Of a stretch of 64,000 nucleotides of DNA, positions 1-12,150 are shown one piece after another. Position numbers and translations under genes: made by a program. The stretch covers positions 1 to 64,000 of the forward strand of contig JAXLNO010000324.1 in the NCBI GenBank assembly GCA_038087875.1, given 5' to 3'. The DNA comes from Malacoraja senta (lineage: Eukaryota). Below the pieces are notes generated by a model. The model had not been told where the DNA came from. It was given only the letters and a program-made list of their open reading frames with translations, and made no database searches. Position 1 is the stretch's first letter; every line of letters begins with the position of its first letter.

Positions 1-95
1 CAGTGTGAACGGGTGATCAATGGCCGGCGTGGACTCAGTGGGCCGGAGGACCTGTTTCCATGCTGACTAAACTAAACTAAACTAAAACTAAAAGC
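1..95 (+). mobile_element. 3' tail of tRNA-derived V-SINE (HE1-like), cut by window edge
   Basis: gtgggccggaggacctgtttccatgctg followed by (CTAAA)n tail, as in the fuller copies in this window. Confidence 0.8.
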
Positions 96-291
96 TAAAA
101 CTGGTTTAAACCAAAGGCTGCCCATTGGGCTACCATTTGGTACATGTAGTGTGATTTCATACTGTCAACATTAACTGACCCTGAAAGCAGGGAGAGATTC
201 AAAGTATTGTAGTGGTGATTCGCTAAACATTTACTCTTTAATTGAGGCTAAAATGTGGACATAACATAGACATGAGTAAAACCTTTGGAAT

Positions 292-560
292 CGGTGGCAC
301 AGTGACACCGCAAGTAGTGCAGCTGCCTCAGGGCTTCAGTGATGTGGGATAGATTCTGATTTCCAGTATTGTCTTTGTGGAGTTTGCACGTTCTCCATGT
401 GACTGTGATATCCCAAAGACTAACTGCTGGTTTATTGTAAATTGCCCTTTCTTGCAGGTGACTGAAATACTCAGGGGAATGTTTATGGGCATGTATGAGA
501 GGATTGACTGCAGGGCTCAAGAGTGGGAAAATGGGACAGAGGAGTGGAATGGCTTACTTC
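292..560 (+). mobile_element. Degenerate V-SINE
   Basis: ggtggcacagtg tRNA-like head and gtggagtttgcacgttctcc core. Confidence 0.6.
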
Positions 561-1491
561 TATATTGTGTGAGAAAATGTTAGTGTCCATCCATCTGCGA
601 AGGATGATGGTGTGGGTTTGATGTTCTCCTGTTTGGAAAGGGGAATGTTTCATCTGTGGTTGCATCTCCTGCTGTGGCTGACTAGGCCTATCCTTGACAG
701 GTAGACCCTCCCACAGCTTCCACAGGTGAAGTTGTCTCTGGCTGTTGGATTGGGCCGCGTGCTGCTGTTGCTTTTGACCATTACTGTTCATTTGCTGTAT
801 TGTTCCTTGTTCTTTGTTCTATGTGACCGATGTGAAAGAAATCGAGCTGGAGGAACACAGAGTAGGAGGAGCATAAGGATGGGGGTGGCTGGGTGGAGGA
901 AGTCTGGTCACAGATTTATTTGAACACAAGGATGTGAATTATAACATTTGGTACAGTGAAGACAGGTGGTGGCTGAGTGGGACTTGGTGCAATTTAGATT
1001 AGAGGCAGTTGTCCCAGCAGGATTTTCTCAGACCACTCAAACTAGGAGCTAATTCTGGGTTTAAAGTGCAACTTCATGTCTTTTCAAATTGGAAATAGTT
1101 TCACAACAGCATTGAATTTAGAATGTAAATTATGCCTTTCCTGGTACTGGGTGCCCAAGTGTACACTGACGTTGCCTGTCCAGTATTATTTCAAATAGCA
1201 GTTATCGACTGAAGAACCCAAACCCATTGTACAATATCAGGTGAGGCAGAGTCACTGTTGAGTGAAGAGGGCAGCAAAAAGGTGACGGGTTTGAATAGTT
1301 ACTGGGAGTTTTGCTCTTGCAGTCTATGACATATATCAGCCGGCTTGATTAAGTTACCATCTTGCGACTCACTGCAAGCTGTTGTAATTATGTTATTTAT
1401 CCTGGCAGAAGGGTACAGATTCTTGTAGAAATTAATTCTCCGTCTGCCGCTCAATGTTCCAACCTCTGCAGGCGATGGCTGCAGTTTCACC

Positions 1492-1808
1492 GCAGCACGT
1501 AAACAGGCCATTTGGCCAACCGTGTCCATGGTGACCATTACACACCCATTTACACTAATCGTACATTGATCATTTTTAATTTTTCCTCATATTCCCATAA
1601 ATTCTACCACACCTCCATGGTGGACAATTAAATTGCCAACCTGCACGACTTTGGGATGTTGGAGAAAACCAGAGGACCCCAAAAAAAACCCACGCGGTCA
1701 CAGGGCGAGCGTGCAAACTCCACACAGACGGCACCCGAGGTCAGGATTGAACCCAGGTCTCTGACGCTGTGAGGCAGTGATTCCACCAACAGTATTACTG
1801 TGTCGCCC
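1492..1808 (-). mobile_element. V-SINE (HE1-like)
   Basis: Reverse strand shows tRNA head with B-box-like gggttcaatcc, core gtggagtttgcacgctcgcc, and ggcctgttt tail. Confidence 0.85.
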
Positions 1809-2370
1809 GTGTGACAACAAGACTCTTTGTAACAAATGTAGATGAAACTCATAACTATAAATGAATGAATATAATTAGATTCAAGAAGCAATGCTTATAT
1901 AAGAACCACTGGAGATGTTCAGAATTACAAGGGGTGGCTCATTTCTTCGCTGGCCGCTATTTTACTTCAAGCCGGATCTTTCCTCATATGATTTTTATTT
2001 TTTCTTCTTCAAAAGATATGTTACATTCTGCTTCCAACTTTGCTCCTCACAGGATGTTCCTGTGGTGAATTTCGTGCTTCACAATTGAGTCTGTGGGTGT
2101 TTTGGTGCTGATGGAGGTGGCGCAGGTGCATCTAATCCACTTCAGTAACACTAAATGAAAAAGCAGCACATCTCCTGTTTCCAGCTGCAATATGGAATTG
2201 TATCAATTGTACAAACCCAATTTGGACCACCTGTTAAGTACCTTTGCCAGCAGATCTTAAAACCACTGAAAAACCAGTGAAAGGAATGTTAAGTTTAATT
2301 CCATGGTTGTTTTCATTAAAGTCTCCCTTTACTCTTTAGCTAATATTAACTGACGATAGATAGAGCCTAA

Positions 2371-3458
2371 AGGGCCTGTCCCACTCGGCCGTCATTTGTG
2401 CGCCATTTATGCGACCTCATCGTCACGTTGAGACGCACGGGGTAGCGTGTGGGCAGCGCGGGACGGTCGCACGGAGAAGCACAGAGGGGTATGGAGTTGC
2501 CCGCGGTATCGCGCGGCGCTCCAGGATTTTGTAGTGCACAAAATCTTCGCGCGCCTCCGGCGTGATGTATCGCGTACGCATGCGGACGTATGGCGGTTGC
2601 ACGCTGATGTCCTGACCTCGTACTTGCAGTACTATAGTATACGAATCAACTATCACGAATATCTTGATTGCACATGCTTTTGATGGTGGAATGTAGGTGC
2701 ATTTTGCGATGGAGTTTGAAATCAGAAAGTCCCCAGAGAATAAGTCATCTCGATTGAGTAATTTGCCTGTACACATGTAGGTAACATATTGCGGTCGGCA
2801 GATCTGCCACGTTTCATGCTGATGATGATTCATTAAAAATTGCGAATATTCAGACACTTGACAATCTTTTATAGAGTTTAAAACATTTTGTTCAACGGGC
2901 AGCTGCACCGATAATTGAGTTCGCGGCGCAAGGTTCAATGTTAATGCAAGGTCAGGGAGTCAAAGAACAATATTCGGTATTTTGCTTATATGCTGAGTCG
3001 GCTCTGATTATTTTACCTGTTTATTTATTTTTTGTTCCAGCTTCACTCACAACGTGTCAAGTTCTCGTCATTTCGAACCCCCATCCCACACCCCGAAGGG
3101 AACGCGCAAAAGTCACTTAATTAATAGGTGTTTAGCCATTTCCTCGATGCGGGGTACCATCCAACCGCAACACAGCGATTGGAACCAATACCATTTGTAC
3201 TGAGCACAGAGCAAACATGTATATTCCGTGGGGGTGGGGGGGAAGGGGAGGGGGGGATGAAAACATAACCCAAAGTGACGAATTTTCTGAATTACACCAT
3301 AATTAGAAAGAAAATACAGTATTATGCACTAAACAACTTTCCACCGGGTATTCAAATGACGTCACGACAGCTGTGCTGAAGCAGGAAGACGCATGATGAC
3401 GCGCGCGACCGTCACTACCGGCCTGTCGCGTAAATGACGGCCAAGTGGGACAGGCCCT
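2371..3458. mobile_element. PIF/Harbinger-type non-autonomous DNA transposon (MITE)
   Basis: TIRs agggcctgtcccactcggccgtcattt ... aaatgacggccaagtgggacaggccct; flanked by TAA/TTA; CpG-rich. Confidence 0.85.
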
Positions 3459-4924
3459 TTACTGTTAATGGAACTGATTCTTCCCTATTTCACAATACCA
3501 TTTTGAACATCACCAGTAATTGCTATATAATTATGAACATCAATTCTTGAATGCAATTGTACGTTATTGCTTTCTAATTATAAGCCTAGTCTTAATTTGT
3601 TACACAGAGAAATTGTCTTTTATTTAAAATGAAGTAACTAAATTCAGGAAGACAAACATTTTGGAAACTGCTTTCCTTGCTGTTTTCTCTGAGACTCATT
3701 CAGAGCTCCCTGAAACAATACAAATAAGCAAATATATTTAAACACAAAAAAATGCAAATGCTGGAAATCTGAAATTTAGAAAAACCCAGAAAATTCTGGA
3801 AATGCTCAGTAGCTCAAACAGCGTCTGTGGAGAGAGAAACTGAGTCAGTATTTCATGTCAATAGCTGGAAGTAAAAAAACAACCAATATAACCTCATTGT
3901 CCAACACTATTTACTCAGTGAGGTCATATATATCTCTGCACTATGTGAAAGGTAAAGCACCAACAATCTGGTTCAAGCCAGTCGATGTTGGTGTCTGTTT
4001 AACCTCTGAACAGTAATCTGTACTACCCCTTCTGTTCATTCTATACCCAGATCCCTTTATCCTTCTTTCTTTCATCCTGTTCTCCAACATATATTTAATT
4101 GTTGACCAGGTCTCAACTTCAATCACAGCTCCAAGATCAGATTTCACAGCTTTATGACTCTCTTTGTCCATACTTTGTCCATAAATCTCTTACAATCTAT
4201 TCTATATCTGGATCTTTCTTTAGTTTCTGCTGAAATCCACAATCCTCATCTCTTCCACTTATTCAACCTTCCACATTCAAAGCATTATTTCTTAACCCAG
4301 AACTATTACACTTGCTATCTAATTTCAAAGTTTCACCATTCTACACATTTATGTTCTTCATATTTCTCGTAATAAATATTACCTCACAACTTCCTGCGTT
4401 AAATTTCATCCGATGGTTTTATCTCCAAGATTTACATTTTAAGCTTCTCACATTTAATTGTGCTTTCTTCAGTCTTCCACAAATTTGACAATGAAACTTC
4501 GATAAGTATTTATTGACTCGTATCATTGCTCTCTGGAGAACCTACACAGTTATAGCTATTACCTTTCAAAGTAATTCGCTATACTTGAAATAAATGGAAA
4601 TATTTCTGAGAGGTGTGGTGAGATCCTTCACCTGCTGACTGGATAGCACGCAACAAAAGCTTTCACTGTACCTCGGTAAACTAAACTGAAACTGAATCAG
4701 TCTAAAATATGTAGGTAGGAACTACAGATGCTGGTTTAAACCGAAGATAGACACAAAAAGCTAGAGTAACTCTGCGGGACAGGCAGCATCTCTGGAGAGA
4801 AGGAATGGGTAACGTTTCGGGTCGAGACCATTCGTCGGACTGGTCAGTAACCAGCTGTAACCCGCGCCTTTGCTCGGTGTGAAGGCGCTGTTTTCCTGTC
4901 TTTTGTTTAGGGCATATGAGGTAT

Positions 4925-5700
4925 CTTAGACATAGGTCGGGAGAGATTGGACCAGGGGGATTAGGATGGAGTCGAGGTACGTGGAAATCATTTCAGTGGG
5001 ACAGGAGAAAGCAGAAACAAAGGGTCTGACAGGGCAGTTGTGCTTATGGATTTTGGGGAGAAGGGAAAACCCGGGCTGTGCTGGGCTGGGAAACGATAAC
5101 GTTGGGGGCTGTGGAAGGCAGACAGACAGAAGTGATAAAATGTGAAATGGTCTGTGAGATTATGGCCTGGTGCTCATCTGCGGGATCATGGTCCAAGGAT
5201 AGGTAGGAGGAGGTGTCCGAGAGCTGGCGCCTGGCCACAGTGGGGTAGAGGTCAGCGCGCCAGACTACCACGGCACCTCCCTTGTCACTGCAGAGTGAGC
5301 GGAGGGCTGTACATTCAGAGGGGGTGAGGTTGGAGTAGGTAAGGGGAGTGGAAAAGTTGAGACGGTTGATGTCACGCCGACAGTTGGAAATAAAAAAGAT
5401 TTAGAGAGGGTAAAGGCCTTTCTGGGGAATCCAAGAAGGACCGGAGGAGACGGGAGAAGGGGTCATTACTGGGTGCTGAGGATTCCTTCCTATAGAAAAA
5501 AGCACGGAGGCGGAGGCGACGGAAGAAAAGCTCTACGTCATGGCGGACCCGGAACTCATTGAGTAGGGGGCAGAGGGGAACGAAGCGGAACGAAGCATTC
5601 CGTATCGGAAAGGGGGAGGTCAGGGGGATGGTGAAGACATGACAAGGATGGGGGTTGGGTTCAGAGGAGGGCCAGGGAGTGGACAAAGGTTGGGTCACTG
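4925..5700 (-). pseudogene. Penelope-like reverse transcriptase N-terminal fragment (frameshifted)
   Basis: ORF track 5372-5743 and 5044-5271 show PLE RT motifs; frameshifts and a stop. Confidence 0.85.
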
Positions 5701-5707
5701 CGAAGAC

Positions 5708-5740
5708 GTCTGAAGAAGGGTCTCGACCCGAAACATTACC
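5708..5740 (+). ncRNA. Minimal hammerhead ribozyme motif, variant (stem III CG>CA)
   Basis: CTGAAGA-A-GGGT-CTCG-ACCC-GAAA-CATT. Confidence 0.6.
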
Positions 5741-5938
5741 CATTCCTTCTCTCCAGAGATGCTGCTTGTCCTGCTAAGTTACTCCAGCACTTTGTGTCTA
5801 TCTTCAGTTTAAAATATGTTTTTTTTAAGGGAAACAAATATAAAAGCATGTAATTAAAACCCTGATCATTGCTTCTCTTGTTGCCCCTATTTTAATGTCC
5901 TGCTCCAACTCACTGTAATTAACATAAAACACGCTGTA

Positions 5939-6460
5939 CAGTAAAACTCCAATAATCCGACGTACTTGGGCCTTGGGTGATGCCGTATCAACAGACTTTC
6001 CGGACTGTCCGATGCCACTTCTATTAAGAACTAAACCCACTTTTATTTCAAAGATAGACACAAAATGCTGGAGTAACTCAGTGGGGCAGGCAGCATCTAC
6101 AATATGGAGAGAAGGAATGGGTTACGTCACCCATTCCTTCCCTCCAGAGATGCTGCCTGTCCGCTGAGTTACTCTGGCATTTTGTGTCTATCTTCGGTGT
6201 AAAGCAGCATCTGCTGTTCCTTCCTCCATTTTTATTTCACTGTTTTTAACACGTTATACAGTAATTTAGTGAATTTCAAGTGAACCGTGAGTTTAAAGGA
6301 AGCAGGAAATATACTAAAGCTCCCAGTTTCATCTGCAACATGTACCCTGGCTCTGAACAGCACAGCGAGCTTGCACTCTGGACCAAAAGATCACGTTCAA
6401 GCCGAATAAATGAGCCAGATTCCAGACTATTAGCACTTTGAAACAATCCGAGTTTTACTC
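5939..6460. mobile_element. Old pogo/Tigger-like MITE, interrupted by a PLE-derived repeat
   Basis: TA|cagtaaaactc ... gagttttactc|TA terminal inverted motif. Confidence 0.5.
6051..6229. mobile_element. Palindromic PLE-derived short repeat
   Basis: Two inverted pLTR tails joined at gggttacgtcaccc; duplication ttttatttca (6041-6050/6230-6239). Confidence 0.8.
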
Positions 6461-6877
6461 TATGTACATGGGAGTTTCATCATGACAGAAATAAAGTTAA
6501 CCGACATACAAGAGAAGCGAGGTGTGACGTTCAATTGATTTTAAGTTCACCAGTGTGAGGCTAGGTTCTGATCTGCTGCTGGTTCGATAAGATCAGAAGT
6601 AGTTTGTTTTATATTACAGTGCAGCAGGGCAGCAGTTCTCAGGGTTGTTAAAGTCATTGCCATAGTAACAGCTAGGCCACAGGAATAACAATATTAATTT
6701 CATACCTTGACAAGCAGCGGTACATCATAATTATTAAAACCATTGAATTCCTGGTCTATTCCAAGCTACGATTAAAGGCTTATTGTCCACAATTGCATGT
6801 TTATTGTTTAGAATGCAGTTTTGAAAGCGAAAAAGTGCATGATGTTTGGTTACAAAGTACGTAAATGTTTTAATTAG

Positions 6878-7165
6878 TTTAAAGTTTAGAGATACAGCAT
6901 GGAAGCAGGCCCTTCGGCCCACCGAGTCAGCGCTGATCATCGATCGCCTGTTCAAACTAGTTTGAATCTATCCCTCTTTCTCATCCACTCCCTATACACC
7001 AGAGGAAATTTACAAAGGCCAATTAAGCCTCAAACCCACCCGTCTGGGGGATGTGGGGGGTAACTGGAGCATCCAGAATAAGCCCACATGATCATGGGGA
7101 GAACGTGCAAGCTCCACGCAGAGAGCACATAAGGTCAGTTCTACCTGCTGCGTCACTGTGCCTCC
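6878..7165 (-). mobile_element. V-SINE (HE1-like)
   Basis: gagatacagcatggaagcaggcccttcggccc tail and core match other copies. Confidence 0.85.
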
Positions 7166-7545
7166 TAAATGGAATTATTAAATGGGGTAGTGACATCAAA
7201 ATTAAGCCTCTTGGAAGGAGGCAGTAAATTATGAATTTGGCCAGGGAAATTTCAGAGTGACCAAGCATGAATAATTGCTGATCTCTGTGGAACCTGCAGA
7301 TTTGTTCACTTGCAAGGTTATGATACATTTGAGCCTCTCATAGTTACAACCATTCCATTGCTCCATCCTAAGAGCAATATACGTAAAAATGGGTAGATTT
7401 TTAATCTGTCCTTGGTGACCACATAGGGGTTCCTAGTGGACAGTACCCATTTAAGGTTGAGATGAGGAAGAATTTCCTCTCTCAAAGTGTTGGGAATCTT
7501 TGTAATTTTCTGCGCCAGAGAACATGGCTTTTGAGTCTTTATTTT

Positions 7546-7844
7546 GTGATACAGCACGGAAACAGGCCCTTCGGCCCACCGAGTTCGCACCGACCAGCGA
7601 TCCCCGCACATTAACACTACCCTACACACACTGGGGACAATTTTTACATTTACACCAAGTCAATTAACCTACAAACCTGTACGTCTTTGGAGTGTGGGAG
7701 AAAACGGAAGATCTCGGAGAAAACCCATGCAGGTCACGGGGAGAATGTACAAACTCCGTACAGACAAGCACCTGTAGTCAGAATCGAAATCGGGTCTCTG
7801 GAGCTGTAAGGCAGTAGCTCTACCGCTGCGCCACCATGCGACCC
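7546..7844 (-). mobile_element. V-SINE (HE1-like), full length
   Basis: Minus strand tggtggcgcagcggtagag A-box region, core, and gggccgaagggcctgtttcc tail. Confidence 0.9.
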
Positions 7845-8254
7845 TGTTGCATTCCCCCAGCACTTAGTGTTCTGCTCAAGATTCAAACATCTGCACTTCC
7901 TTGTCTTTCCAACTATTGATGGAATTGCTCTATTTGGGATCTGACATGAACCCAATAGTCTGAATTACCACCTTCTGCTCCTTCTGCTTTGAGGCAAGAA
8001 ATACCATTCACACTCATGAAATGCATTGGACCACCTTACCTCCAACCCTTGATATTTGTTGAAAGGGTTAGAATATGTAGGGAGCTGAATCCACTTTGTT
8101 TGGTAAGCCATCTTCCCTCTCTTCAGCATTTGTGCAATTAGTGCCCATGAGTAGCAGTAACTGAGGAGCAAATTATTTGTATTATCACCTGGCTCCATTA
8201 ATAATACATACTGTATCAAAGTACCTCAGGTTCAAATTTCCAACCAGTGTCATA

Positions 8255-8400
8255 AAAGGGTCTCAAAATATCACCTATCCATGTTCACCAGAGATGCTGC
8301 CTGACCCACTGAGTTATTCCAGCACTTTGTGAAACGTCACCTATACAAGTTCTCTAGAGATGCTGCCTGACCCTCTGAGTTACTCCAGCAATTTGTGTCT
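8255..8400 (+). mobile_element. Tandem PLE-derived pLTR tails
   Basis: Two direct copies of ...tcacctat...agagatgctgcctgacc...gagttaYtccagca; second copy starts gaaacgtcacc. Confidence 0.7.
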
Positions 8401-8939
8401 TTTTTTCCTCACAAAAGAGTTCCTCTGATATTTTCAAATTGCCTCCTGATGGGAGGATAGTAAAATTCTAAGGAGTAGGGTGAACGGACAGGACATGTTG
8501 GAAGCAGTTCAGAATAGACTGACAAGCAGAATCCTTTCCTACCAATTACTTCTCCTGCTGCCTGGGCTTATTGCTTTACAAGCCCTTTCATTTCCTTTTA
8601 GCTATGAAGTACCAGTCAGAAATATCAAATTACAGGCCTATCTCCATTACAAAGAATTGTGTTAGGGGTTAGTGAAGGCAGAAATAGCAGGAATCCTCCA
8701 ATTTACCTGTAAATGTAGCAATACTAATTTCTCACAAGCCTGCCAACTCCAAAGAGTGACAAATAATAAAAGCAAACATTTGGATGGAAGGAAGGAAGGG
8801 AAAGATTGGGAAAGGTTGTAAAAAGGGTTGGAAAGGCTGAAGAACCAAGAAAGAGGCAGAAAGTGTTTACAACTAGAGAAATGGAGCAACTCAGTAATTG
8901 AATACATCGGGCACAGTGAAGTTTTGTAGTATATTTTGG

Positions 8940-9212
8940 TTTATATTTAGAGATACAGCATGGAAACAAGCCCTTCAGCTCACCCGTTCACACTAGTTCT
9001 ATGTCATCCCACCTTTGCATCCACAAATGCCCATGAATTAAGGACAATTTTACAGAGGACAATTAACCCGCATATCTTTGAGATGTAGGAGGAAACCGGA
9101 GCATCCGGAGGAAACAAGGTGGTCACAGGGAGAATGTGCAAGTTCCACACATACAGCGCCCAATGTCACAATTGAACCCGGTTCTCTGGCGCTGTGAGGC
9201 AGCAACAGTGCC
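8940..9212 (-). mobile_element. V-SINE (HE1-like)
   Basis: Same head, core and tail as other copies. Confidence 0.8.
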
Positions 9213-9984
9213 AAGGATGCAGTGATGTGGGTATTGGCTTTGAAATAGGCAACTAATTGCTCATTGATGGCAGAAAGAAGGCAGATATTGTAATTTACAC
9301 CATATTTGGAAATTGATCTTCAAGAGGACATTAAGAGGAATAGTTTAATCAACTGATGTCCATCCATTAGACAATTTCACACTCTGATCAATTTAGCACA
9401 CTTTGTAGCATATGATTCAATTAATGCTATTTGTTGGAAAGGAGAATAAGAGGCCGAACTGTGTGGTAAGGGAATGAGTTAATGGTGGAATAATTACATA
9501 CAGATTCTGAATGGGGGTAGTGTCAATGGACTGATTAACCAGACCCTCAGGAATAGATGTTGGCCCAAATCTTGCTGAAAAGTGATGGTGCATTCATGAT
9601 GACGACAATTATTAAAACATAAATTCATTGGAGCGGAAGGTGTCAGTAACTTGTGCATGATGATAACTTGTTGCTTGATTAACAATATAAGAAATGTTGA
9701 AAACCAGAAATAAAGCACTTGTGGGTGCTGGAGATCTGAACTGGAAAAAAAATAAAAATTCTGGAAGCACTTGGCAGGTCAGGCAGTATCTGTGGAAAGA
9801 GAAATAGAGTTAACATTTCTGGCCAAAGATGAAGAGACTGTGACGTGAATTGTTAACGCTTCGTCTTTAGCTGGAAATGTCGGCTGTATTACTCTTGAGA
9901 TAGAACACCAGGTTTAGTAACGTTGCAACAGCAACCTTGCACTTACATCAACAAAACCAAGGACCTAATTGGTGATTTCAGAAG

Positions 9985-10110
9985 GGGGTAGTTGGGAGAC
10001 CAAATGGGGCAGCAGTGGGTAGAGTTAGCAACTTAAATTCCTGGGTGATAATATCTGGATTGGCCTGCCCTGGGTCCAACACAATGTAATCATGAAGAAG
10101 GTGTGCCAGG
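9985..10110 (+). mobile_element. Rex/Babar-like LINE RT fragment
   Basis: aaattcctgggtg...tgggtccaacac...aagaagg resembles the FKFLG...W..H...KK motif. Confidence 0.45.
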
Positions 10111-10209
10111 TGAACCGACCTGGACAACGTCATCCTATCTCAGCAACAGAGCACGATGGACAGCCACTACCCTGGACTTGTTTTTCTAACTGTATTTTTT
10201 GCACATAAG

Positions 10210-10520
10210 TTTAGTTTAATTTAGTTTAGTTTAGAGATACAGCTTGGAAACAGACCCTTTGGGCCACCGAGTCCGGACCGACCAGCCATCACCTGTACAC
10301 TAGTTCTATCATATGCCCTAGGGGGGAATTTACAGAAGCCAATTAACCTACAAACCTGCACGTCTTTTGAATGTGGGAGGAAACCGGAGCACCCGGGAAA
10401 ACATCCGTGGTCACAGGGAGAATGTACAAACTCCATACTGACAGCCCCCCTCGTCGGGATCGATCCCGGGTCTCTTTCGCTGTCAGGCAGCAACTCTACC
10501 CCCACGCCACTGTGCCAACC
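10210..10520 (-). mobile_element. V-SINE (HE1-like), full length
   Basis: (TTTAG)n tail, core, tRNA head with cccgggatcgatccc. Confidence 0.9.
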
Positions 10521-10549
10521 TAAACCTTGCATTTATATTGCACAGTCCA

Positions 10550-10690
10550 GTTTAGTTTAAAGATACGGCGTGGAAACAGGCTCTTCAGCCCACCGTGTCC
10601 ACACCAGGGATCACCCATACACTACTTCTAGCCGACCAAGGACAATTTACAGAAGTTAATTAACCTACAGACCTGTTGGTCTTTGGCGAC
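10550..10690 (-). mobile_element. Partial V-SINE
   Basis: 3' half only. Confidence 0.7.
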
Positions 10691-10984
10691 CTTTGTTGTC
10701 ATGAACCAAGTATGTGCCACAAGAAAACAGGTTGGAGCTAATGCCAGTTCAGTTCACCCTGTTGTGGAGCACTGCCAGCCAGGATTCCATCTGCTCTACT
10801 GATTATCAAACGCACTATTTCAAAGAAGAGCAAGTGAGGAACTCTAAATACCTTGACTAATATTTATCACTCATTAGCCACTAAATATTGTTCATTATCA
10901 TATTGTGTTTTATGTATCACATTTCTGTGAGTTGATTGTTTCATTTCTAACATTATAACAGTGAGTACACACACATGTACTTTC

Positions 10985-11190
10985 TTGCGTTCCACTGCCT
11001 TTTTCCATTCATTTGAGGTATGTGGGTTTCACAGGCTGAGCCAACAGTTAATTGCCCATCTCTAATTGCATTTGAGAAGGTGGTGGTGAGCTGAATTCTT
11101 GAATCATTGCAGTCCTTGGGGAGTGAATATATCTATAATGCTGTGGGCAAGGCAGTTCCAGATTTTTAACCCAGTGACGCCAAAGGAATG
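10985..11190 (-). mobile_element. 3' end of the LINE family seen at 32590-34200
   Basis: aattgcccatctctaattgcatttgagaaggtggtggtgagctg is the reverse complement of that family's tail. Confidence 0.55.
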
Positions 11191-11964
11191 CTTTGGAGAT
11201 TTTGTGGTTATGGTTAAAATGACTGTTTTTTATCCTTTTTCTATATTGTTGAGGGGCCCTGAGACTAATTAGTTTTAGTGGTTACACAGCCACCCATTTT
11301 AATGATTACATCTGAACTCTGGACCTGGTCTGTAATTGCTCACATCAGTAGATTTTGAAGTATTTGAACAATACAAATGAAAGATTTCTAAAGAGTTATT
11401 GACCAGAGCACTAATATGGAAATCAATTTACATCAAGTTTTGCCCAAGACAGTTAGGTTTAATTTGCATTTCCAGCTAAAAATCCAATAAGTTTTGCTTA
11501 AAAGTAGAAAATTGTGCCTCAGAACCCGCAACGGGTGCAGTACGGGTTACAGTACACTCTGTACAAATGGTGCAGCTATAAGCATCCCAAAATTAAACCG
11601 GTCCATGTTCTCCAGAGACACTGCCTGACCTGCTGAGTTTCTCCAGAACCCTGTATCCTTTCCAGCTATAAGCATGGCCCTTGGATGTCTCATAAGTCTA
11701 CATGTACAAAACGGGCACCTTTCTATAAATCTGCCACATGATTATGTTTACATTAAGAGTATTTCAAATCTCAGTTACCCTTGCTCAGTTTTAAATATAC
11801 AACATCTAACATATTGTGATTCAGCATTCATAGAGTCATACAATGTGGAAACAGACAAGCCCTTCACTCCAGAGCAACACCAACCTTCAACTTCCCATAT
11901 GTACTAATTCCATATTTCCCTTTGCATGCGCATGAACACCAGCCTCATTCTCCTATCAGGTAAT

Positions 11965-12150
11965 TCACACGGAAACAGGCCCTTTGGCCCACCGAGTCGG
12001 CAACGACCAGCGACCCCTGCACACTAACACTATCCTACACATTCTTGGGACATTTTACAATTTTACTAAGTCAAGTACCCATAGTCAGGATGGAACCCGG
12101 GTCCCTGGCGATGTAAGGCAGCAATTCGACCATTGCACCACTGTGCCACA
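11965..12150 (-). mobile_element. V-SINE with internal deletion
   Basis: Tail and head present, core missing. Confidence 0.75.

Larger units (their letters stand above)
4713..5809 (-). mobile_element. Internally deleted Penelope-like retroelement with inverted terminal pLTR segments
   Basis: Minus-strand RT remnants (FVPLCPLLNEFRVRHDVELFFRRLRLRAFFY; KGGAVVVWRADLY; PKIHK...RP); inverted copies of the terminal repeat at both ends; 10 bp duplication taaaatatgt (4703-4712/5810-5819). Confidence 0.85.

Noticed and set aside
2030..2130. Strong acceptor tttgctcctcacag followed by a weak donor
   Set aside because: All three frames contain stops before the donor; no support for a coding exon.
2423..2938. 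171 aa ORF as a Harbinger transposase or Myb/SANT protein
   Set aside because: No DDE or Myb-like motif recognisable.
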